Of a stretch of DNA of 13,143 nt, positions 8,226 through 13,143 are shown one piece after another. Numbering within the stretch: position 1 is the first letter of the stretch; each line of letters starts with the position of its first letter. The notes under the pieces are model-generated. The model worked only from the letters and a program-made list of their open reading frames with translations. It was not told where the DNA came from and ran no database searches. Origin of the DNA: a virus (taxonomy: Duplodnaviria; Heunggongvirae; Uroviricota; Caudoviricetes); the IMG/VR virus record IMGVR_UViG_2617270950_000005, positions 1-13,143 of that record, one strand, 5' to 3'. Both the position numbers and the translations under genes were made by a program.

Positions 8226-8519
8226 ATGAGCAAAGTACGCGTTATTTTTGAATTTAACCACGTAATGCATGAAGTAAAGCCAGCCGGTAATGATAGTCAG
8301 GAAATCACGGAGGGGGTTACTGCCACTGTAAAAATCGAACGTGATACGGAGAACAGACCGACAGGCCCATGTGATGTTTATGCGCAAATTCTTAAATATC
8401 ACAGCCCCACAATTATTCAGTTTCTGACAGATGAACTTCAGGGTTCCATGCAGGCTCTGGGGGTGAAAAGCAGCATTGAGCGCCGCTCCTTGCAGAACGC
8501 ACCAGATACATTGCAATAA
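8226..8519 (+). CDS. Hypothetical protein, 97 aa; second tandem paralog
   Basis: Start at ATG 8226 (MSKVRVIFEFNHVMH…); the track's upstream start at 8199 overlaps the preceding ORF. Shares the N-terminal motif of the previous ORF. Confidence 0.55.
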   Translation: MSKVRVIFEFNHVMHEVKPAGNDSQEITEGVTATVKIERDTENRPTGPCDVYAQILKYHSPTIIQFLTDELQGSMQALGVKSSIERRSLQNAPDTLQ

Positions 8520-8530
8520 GGAAAAACAAA

Positions 8531-9061
8531 ATGGCAAAACGCGTTACAAAATTAAAGGCTGTAGCCGAGGCCGCACCGCAGACCCGCGAAGAAGTCAGCC
8601 GCGATATCCGCACCCTGGGCGATATTCAGCGAGAGGCGCTGCGCCTGGAAACGGCGATGAATGATGAAGTGGCAGAAATCACCGCCCGTTATACGCCGCA
8701 GATTGAAAATCTTAAAAAGCAAATCAAAGTGCTTTTTAAAGGGATTCAGGACTGGTGTAAAACCAACCGTGATGAGCTGACGAACGGCGGCAAAACCAAA
8801 ACTGCCAATCTGACCACCGGAACGGTGTCATGGCGGCTGGGAACGCCATCATGCAGCGTCAGCCGTGATGTGGAAGGTGTGATTGACACGCTGCGCCGTA
8901 TGGGGCTTGAGCGATTCATCCGCACGAAAGAGGAAGTGAACAAGGAAGCCGTCCTGGCGGAGCCGGATGCGGTGAAAGGCATTGCCGGTATAAAGGTGAA
9001 TAAAGGCGCTGAAAGTTTTTATGTCGAGCCTTTTGAACAGGATGCCGGACTGAATAAATAA
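8531..9061 (+). CDS. gam: Gam-like host-nuclease inhibitor (Ku-like DNA-end-binding protein), 176 aa
   Basis: Strong resemblance along its length to Mu Gam as recalled (…RLETAMNDEVAEI…NRDELTNGGKTKTANLTTGTVSWRL…RFIRTKEEVNKEAVL…EPFEQDAGL). Confidence 0.9.
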   Translation: MAKRVTKLKAVAEAAPQTREEVSRDIRTLGDIQREALRLETAMNDEVAEITARYTPQIENLKKQIKVLFKGIQDWCKTNRDELTNGGKTKTANLTTGTVSWRLGTPSCSVSRDVEGVIDTLRRMGLERFIRTKEEVNKEAVLAEPDAVKGIAGIKVNKGAESFYVEPFEQDAGLNK

Positions 9062-9158
9062 CACCGCATTAATTATTTAAATATCACTTCATTTTAATTA
9101 TGGCGCTCGCGTCAGGGGACTGCTTGCGCCTGAAAGCTGAAAATAAGGAATCGGAAAT

Positions 9159-9701
9159 ATGGCATATTTTTATTTCAAATTAGACCGTGTGCAGACAAAT
9201 AAATATTTCACCAAATATCAACAGGCTGTTTTACCGCTACGCAACAGTATTCTTCGGACATTACTGAAAAATACAGGCGCTGCCGGATTGCGCTTAAAGC
9301 CGTTCGCCATGGACAGAATCAGTGAGTTTTATTTTGCCGGTGCTCTGCCTGCGGGCTGGCGTAAGCGCGATGATGTGGCTTTTATCGGTGGCGGACAGTG
9401 CTTTATAGCCAGACCTGATGAGTCATGCCCTGAAGGACCGGCGATTGCCGCAATGATTGAAGCCGCTGAACGCGAGTTAAGAAAGCGTCCTGATTTCCTT
9501 GTCTGGCTCTGTGAAAAGCTGGGGGTAATGAGAATCCCCTCCATGTTTAACACGGACTCCTGGTGGACCCCTTCGTTCTCCCGTGATGCCCTGTGCGTGG
9601 TGTTTAAAGTGGGCGCTTATGGCAGGGGAATAAAAGGATGTATTCCTGAAGAATGCCAGGAAATTAAACATTCTGAATATGTGGCGCTGACGGAGGAATA
9701 A
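9159..9701 (+). CDS. Hypothetical protein, 180 aa (accessory ORF A)
   Basis: ORF follows AAGGA and the only sizeable intergenic gap (97 bp) in the early operon. AT-rich 5' end. No recognisable motif. Confidence 0.55.
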   Translation: MAYFYFKLDRVQTNKYFTKYQQAVLPLRNSILRTLLKNTGAAGLRLKPFAMDRISEFYFAGALPAGWRKRDDVAFIGGGQCFIARPDESCPEGPAIAAMIEAAERELRKRPDFLVWLCEKLGVMRIPSMFNTDSWWTPSFSRDALCVVFKVGAYGRGIKGCIPEECQEIKHSEYVALTEE

Positions 9702-9704
9702 TTC

Positions 9705-10238
9705 ATGATTGATGCAAAAGTGCTTGAAGGGGTTAAAAACTGGCTGAGTATTTACGGGCGTCTGACCTGCGGCGTACTGGCTGAAAAAATGAATATGCCG
9801 CCATCCTCCATGGTTTATTTTCTGCGTGATGCGGTTGATGCCGGGGTGCTGACGGAATGTAACGGTTTTTATGATATTCCGCGTTCCCGCCCGGTGCAGC
9901 CGATTCGTCGCAAATGCAGACAGGAATCTGCGGCTGATGATGTTCAGTGGTGCAGCTTCAGAAAATCCCTGCCATGGATTGAGGGGCATGATATTCCGTC
10001 GATGGCGTGGGAATTTGCTCAGGGCGTTCTGACCTGTGAAACCGTTTATGTGGTGGCTGAAGTTGATGAGCAGGCCATGAAAGAAGGCGTGCCCCAGTTT
10101 GTGATGGCGTATATCGACATTCGCCTGGGTGTCATCATCTGCGGTTTAAGCGGCTGGAATATCACCGCGCGTGTTCTGCGCTACCTGATTGTTGACCGGA
10201 CAGCAGCGCCTGCCGGGATATCTGCGGAGGTGGCGTAA
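9705..10238 (+). CDS. Hypothetical protein, 177 aa, with possible N-terminal winged-helix DNA-binding domain (accessory ORF B)
   Basis: 3-nt gap from ORF A. N-terminal 60 aa (…GVKNWLSIYGRLTCGVLAEKMNMPPSSMVYFLRDAVDAGVLTE) has a wHTH-like pattern. C-terminal half has no known motif. Confidence 0.55.
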   Translation: MIDAKVLEGVKNWLSIYGRLTCGVLAEKMNMPPSSMVYFLRDAVDAGVLTECNGFYDIPRSRPVQPIRRKCRQESAADDVQWCSFRKSLPWIEGHDIPSMAWEFAQGVLTCETVYVVAEVDEQAMKEGVPQFVMAYIDIRLGVIICGLSGWNITARVLRYLIVDRTAAPAGISAEVA

Positions 10239-10753
10239 TGTTCTTTAAAACATCAAACCCTTCCGCGCTGGCTGCGTGGCAAAAATACCAGCAGGACTGC
10301 CAGACGGTAAAAGATGAGGCGAAACGCCTTGAGGCCGTGCTGAATGTTGCGTGCCGGTCGGTATTTGAATTCAGTATCAGTGGTTTTTGTTTTAAGGGAC
10401 TGCGTTTTACGGAGGACAAATATCCTTTTCATCGCGACTTATGGCGAAAACCGACTGCGTCGAATGGCTGGAGCTGCACACCGCGCACATCACGTATCCC
10501 TAAAGCCCTGCGTGTTGCCTCTGATGAACTGAACAGTCTGTGGCGTGAATATTCGCCCGTCACGTATGCCAGAACCGATGCCCTGTTGTTCTGGCTGGGT
10601 ATTGACTTCTCAGCAATATTGTATGGTCCCGTGAACTGGTTCTGCGTTGACAATGTGATTTATCTTCAGTGCGAAGATGATTCCGCAAAACGGAAAATGA
10701 CCGAAATTCTGTCTGATGAGTTTTATGCTGCCGAAAAGCGAGTCAGGGGGTGA
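10238..10753 (+). CDS. Hypothetical protein, 171 aa (accessory ORF C)
   Basis: TAATG stop/start overlap with ORF B indicates translational coupling. No recognisable motif. Confidence 0.55.
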   Translation: MFFKTSNPSALAAWQKYQQDCQTVKDEAKRLEAVLNVACRSVFEFSISGFCFKGLRFTEDKYPFHRDLWRKPTASNGWSCTPRTSRIPKALRVASDELNSLWREYSPVTYARTDALLFWLGIDFSAILYGPVNWFCVDNVIYLQCEDDSAKRKMTEILSDEFYAAEKRVRG

Positions 10754-10756
10754 TGT

Positions 10757-11308
10757 ATGATGATTTTACAACACATGGGGCGAAAAGGTCGTACACCCGC
10801 TCATGTCCGCGCGTGGACACCTGAAGAAGATGCGCTACTGATTGCGCTTTATTCATCCACCCCGGTTAAGGATATTGCTGCCAGAATAAAAAGAACTGTC
10901 TGGGCTGTATATAACCGGACTGGTGTATTGCGCAGTTCATACCCGGAGTTACTGAAATATAAACACCCAAGATTTACACCTGATGAAGATAAGTTTATTC
11001 GAAAAAATGCCAGAACAATGACCTGCCAGCAAATGGGAGAATATCTCGGACGTAATAAAGATTCTGTCAGATGTCGGGCAGGAATGATTGGTGCTGGATT
11101 AACAAAGTGCGGAGAGTTACGCCCCGGCACGCGCATATCTGATGATGATGTACGTCTTATACGTGCGCTGCGTGATTCCGATTACCCACGCCGTCTGTCA
11201 TTCCGGGAAATTGGCGAAAAGTTTGGAATATCTGAACATTCTGCTCACGCAGTTTATTACCGTCGCCGGACTGCCGAGGACGCTGTATTACGGGAGTTAA
11301 CGCCATGA
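10757..11308 (+). CDS. Hypothetical DNA-binding protein with three HTH-like repeats (Myb/SANT-like W-TPEED motifs), 183 aa (accessory ORF D)
   Basis: Internal repeats RAWTPEEDALLIALY…, PRFTPDEDKFIRKN…, and ISDDDVRLIRALRD…LSFREIGEKFGIS…. RBS AGGGGG before ATG 10757. Confidence 0.55.
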   Translation: MMILQHMGRKGRTPAHVRAWTPEEDALLIALYSSTPVKDIAARIKRTVWAVYNRTGVLRSSYPELLKYKHPRFTPDEDKFIRKNARTMTCQQMGEYLGRNKDSVRCRAGMIGAGLTKCGELRPGTRISDDDVRLIRALRDSDYPRRLSFREIGEKFGISEHSAHAVYYRRRTAEDAVLRELTP

Positions 11309-11634
11309 TAACGACCTTATTTGTTGAATCAGATGAACCTCTTGTGTGTGCCGCCGGAATGCCGCTCTGTGGCGGAACGCTGACCGGTGTTTATTTCGGG
11401 GATTTACGCGGTTATCCCTGGCATTCACTGAATGATGCTTTCCCACCTGATATGGAGGCTGTCGTGCTGATTGTTCAGTATGGTCACCGTCAGGAGCTGC
11501 GCATCGGCCATATGGGGTATGAAGGCTTTTTTGTTGATGAAGAAACCGGAGCCTGCCTTGAAGATGAAGACGGACAGGTGACGCACTGGTGTCATATTTC
11601 GGCTTTACCGGAATTACGGGAGGTGAATGCGTGA
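11305..11634 (+). CDS. DUF551-like phage protein, 109 aa (accessory ORF E)
   Basis: ATGA overlap with ORF D. C-terminal …DGQVTHWCHISALPE resembles the DUF551 signature (…THW.PLPEPP) common in enterobacterial prophage accessory proteins. Confidence 0.5.
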   Translation: MITTLFVESDEPLVCAAGMPLCGGTLTGVYFGDLRGYPWHSLNDAFPPDMEAVVLIVQYGHRQELRIGHMGYEGFFVDEETGACLEDEDGQVTHWCHISALPELREVNA

Positions 11635-11981
11635 GAAGTTATATTGATAATGAAAAGCTGGAGACAATAAGCGACTGTCTTAGCTTGCTGGCAAAAATCA
11701 AAGAAACTATTGAAGAGATTAAATTTCAGCTTGAATACGCACCATGTGGCGATGATGCATGGCGTAATGCTGCCAGAAAAGCACTGGCTGTCTTTCAGAA
11801 ACAACGCCGGGCTGTTGAATACCGCCTTGCTGTATTGCGCCAGGAGGAAAAGGAAAGAAATATAAGACGTCATGAACGCGTTAATGATTTCCTTGTTCGT
11901 GAATTAAAAGAGCGCGTGCCGGAGTCGGTATTTTTTGAATGTGAGGCTATAGCCCGTAGCAAAGCACTGGAAACAGATTAA
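11631..11981 (+). CDS. Hypothetical coiled-coil protein, about 116 aa (accessory ORF F)
   Basis: GTG 11631 lies 5 nt after GGGAGGTG and overlaps the ORF E stop (GTGA). The alternative ATG 11589 would overlap ORF E by 45 bp. Charged heptad-like sequence (…LAVLRQEEKERNIRRHERVNDFLVRELKER…). Confidence 0.45.
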   Translation: MRSYIDNEKLETISDCLSLLAKIKETIEEIKFQLEYAPCGDDAWRNAARKALAVFQKQRRAVEYRLAVLRQEEKERNIRRHERVNDFLVRELKERVPESVFFECEAIARSKALETD

Positions 11982-11996
11982 GCAGGCAGGTGAATA

Positions 11997-12305
11997 ATGA
12001 GTATTGAATTAAGATCGTCTTATGAATATCGCAAAATCCTTATCGCCGGAGGCATGAAACCGGAAGATGCAGAGAAATTCGTTTCTTTTATGGATAAAGA
12101 ATGTGACAAGCGGGATATGCCAGAAATTATTATGGATGACATGATTCTGGATTCAGCCGTGGCGTTAAGTCCGTTATGGATTGTGCATACTCTTGCGGAA
12201 ATAGCTAAAAGAAGTGACAAGCAGGCGGCTGTCGCCGCCCTGCGATTACTGGCTGAATTAAGTTGTTCAGTCAATCCCAATACGTTCTTTGACGAACCTG
12301 GTTAA
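11997..12305 (+). CDS. Hypothetical acidic protein, 102 aa (accessory ORF G)
   Basis: ATG preceded by AGGTGA. AT-rich. Its 3' end overlaps the convergent minus-strand ORF by 39 bp. Confidence 0.5.
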   Translation: MSIELRSSYEYRKILIAGGMKPEDAEKFVSFMDKECDKRDMPEIIMDDMILDSAVALSPLWIVHTLAEIAKRSDKQAAVAALRLLAELSCSVNPNTFFDEPG

Positions 12306-12677
12306 CATTGATTTGGTAACTTCTTTAATTAGATCAAATGGTGCGTCTGTAAACTCCTTTTTGATTCTTTCAAGGATTGGTTTTTTTCTCAGGGCGTTAG
12401 CTAAATCATGCCCCTGCTGGGTAAGCATAATGGGCGTGTTTCTGAAACCAACGCCCAGAGAATGGAAAAAGAAACCAATATATTTGGGTGTTTCTGACTG
12501 CATATCACCATTAACAATTGAGCCATTATCAGCGAGAAGCATAAGATGAAAAACTTTTTTATCCTTTTCCTCTCCTTCTGCCTCAGCCATGCCCAGATCC
12601 TGTAGTGTAAGGAAAGGTGTTTCAGCATCCTGAAAAGTTGTGAGAATACTTAATACTTCATCGTAATCTATTTTCAT
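12267..12677 (-). CDS. Hypothetical protein, 136 aa; lone minus-strand, AT-rich moron inside the rightward early operon
   Basis: Clean 136-codon ORF antisense to the early operon, with AAAGGT about 7 nt upstream of its ATG. Visibly more AT-rich than flanking prophage DNA. No recognisable motif. Confidence 0.55.
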   Translation of the reverse strand: MKIDYDEVLSILTTFQDAETPFLTLQDLGMAEAEGEEKDKKVFHLMLLADNGSIVNGDMQSETPKYIGFFFHSLGVGFRNTPIMLTQQGHDLANALRKKPILERIKKEFTDAPFDLIKEVTKSMLTRFVKERIGID

Positions 12678-12698
12678 ATCGATACCTTTAGTTTTATC

Positions 12699-12728
12699 CG
12701 GGCGGCGTTGCCATGCCGCCTGTTGTTA
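12699..12728 (+). terminator. Possible GC-rich stem-loop followed by a U-rich tract
   Basis: GGCGGC (12701-12706) pairs with GCCGCC (12715-12720) across an 8-nt loop, followed by TGTTGTTA. It lies between the minus-strand moron start and the gemA-like ORF. Confidence 0.25.
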
Positions 12729-12741
12729 CGGAGACACGATA

Positions 12742-12945
12742 ATGAATCGCGCTTCCCTGATTACCTTAATACATGTCGCAAAACGCGATCTACAGCTTGA
12801 CCATGAGACCTACACATCCGTACTACTGGCAGCCACCGGCAAACCCAGTTGCCGGGATATGTCACCGGATGAGTTATCCCGCGTGCTGGATGTTTTCAAA
12901 AAACGCGGTTTTAAAGTGCGTCAGAAGCCGGTTACCGGAATATGA
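12742..12945 (+). CDS. gemA: GemA-like (Mu gp16 / DUF1018 family) protein, short form of 67 aa
   Basis: MNRASLITLIHVAKRDLQLDHETYTSVLLAATGKPSCRDMSPDELSRVLDVFKKRGF matches the conserved N-terminal GemA/DUF1018 pattern as recalled. The ORF then stops. Confidence 0.55.
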   Translation: MNRASLITLIHVAKRDLQLDHETYTSVLLAATGKPSCRDMSPDELSRVLDVFKKRGFKVRQKPVTGI

Positions 12946-13082
12946 ATGTGCTGGATGATATTCTCACGCCGCTGCGTATTTATGAAGGCGGTGCGCTGGA
13001 ATGTATTCTGAACCGTTATAAGCCTGCATGGCAGACGTTTATTTACGTTTATGCAAACAGCCATGAAGAGGAGACTATTTAA
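12942..13082 (+). CDS. Small ORF (46 aa) coupled to the gemA-like ORF by an ATGA overlap; possibly the frameshifted continuation of gemA
   Basis: ATG 12942 overlaps the TGA of the gemA-like ORF; ends at TAA 13080-13082. Below the 60-aa cutoff of the ORF track. No motif. Confidence 0.3.
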   Translation: MNVLDDILTPLRIYEGGALECILNRYKPAWQTFIYVYANSHEEETI

Positions 13083-13143
13083 TGTTTCATGTTGATAATA
13101 ATTCCGGCGTGGCGAATATGCCTGCGCTGGCACCGGCGCAGAG
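13082..13143 (+). CDS. 5' end of a further early-operon ORF that runs off the window
   Basis: TAATG overlap with the previous ORF. Begins MFHVDNNSGVANMPALAPAQ with no stop before the window end. Confidence 0.3.
   Translation, partial: MFHVDNNSGVANMPALAPAQ

Larger units (their letters stand above)
2866..13143. mobile_element. Mu-like transposable prophage, left end and early region; it continues beyond the window and the left boundary is approximate
   Basis: Colinear Mu early gene order: leftward repressor, ner, A (DDE transposase), B (AAA+), small kil-region ORFs, gam, accessory genes, gemA-like. It interrupts yddE and no tRNA or integrase gene is present, consistent with transpositional insertion. 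Confidence 0.85.

Noticed and set aside
11589-11630. ATG 11589 as start of ORF F
   Set aside because: It would overlap ORF E by 45 bp with no RBS. GTG 11631 has a strong GGGAGGTG 5 nt upstream and the GTGA coupling typical of this operon. This remains uncertain.
11631-11981. ORF F as the Mor middle-operon activator
   Set aside because: Mor follows gemA in Mu and has a C-terminal HTH. This ORF precedes gemA and looks like a charged coiled coil, so there is no basis to call it Mor.
12773-12958. Track ORF 12773-12958 (61 aa) overlapping the gemA-like ORF in another frame
   Set aside because: The gemA-like frame carries the recognisable conserved motif, so the overlapping frame is most likely spurious.
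1-13143. CRISPR array
   Set aside because: No series of regularly spaced identical direct repeats of 25-40 bp is present. The repeats seen are short operator or end motifs.

Overview
The window crosses a chromosome/prophage junction. Positions 1-2865 look like Escherichia-type core chromosome: the 3' part of an ISAs1-family H-repeat transposase (ydcC-like), pptA, yddH (minus strand), nhoA, a REP element, and only the 3' remnant of the convergent PhzF-family gene yddE. From about 2866 to the window end is the left end and early region of a Mu-like transposable prophage: a leftward repressor, a divergent operator region, ner, a MuA-like DDE transposase, a MuB-like AAA+ protein, five small ORFs in the kil position, gam, then about 3 kb of tightly coupled ORFs of unknown function, an AT-rich patch containing a lone minus-strand gene, and a short gemA-like ORF. 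Identifications rest on recalled protein family resemblance and gene order, not on any search. The most interesting material is the uncharacterised accessory block between gam and gemA (9159-12677), especially the antisense AT-rich gene at 12267-12677. No function can be assigned to it from sequence alone. No tRNA, rRNA or CRISPR array was seen.
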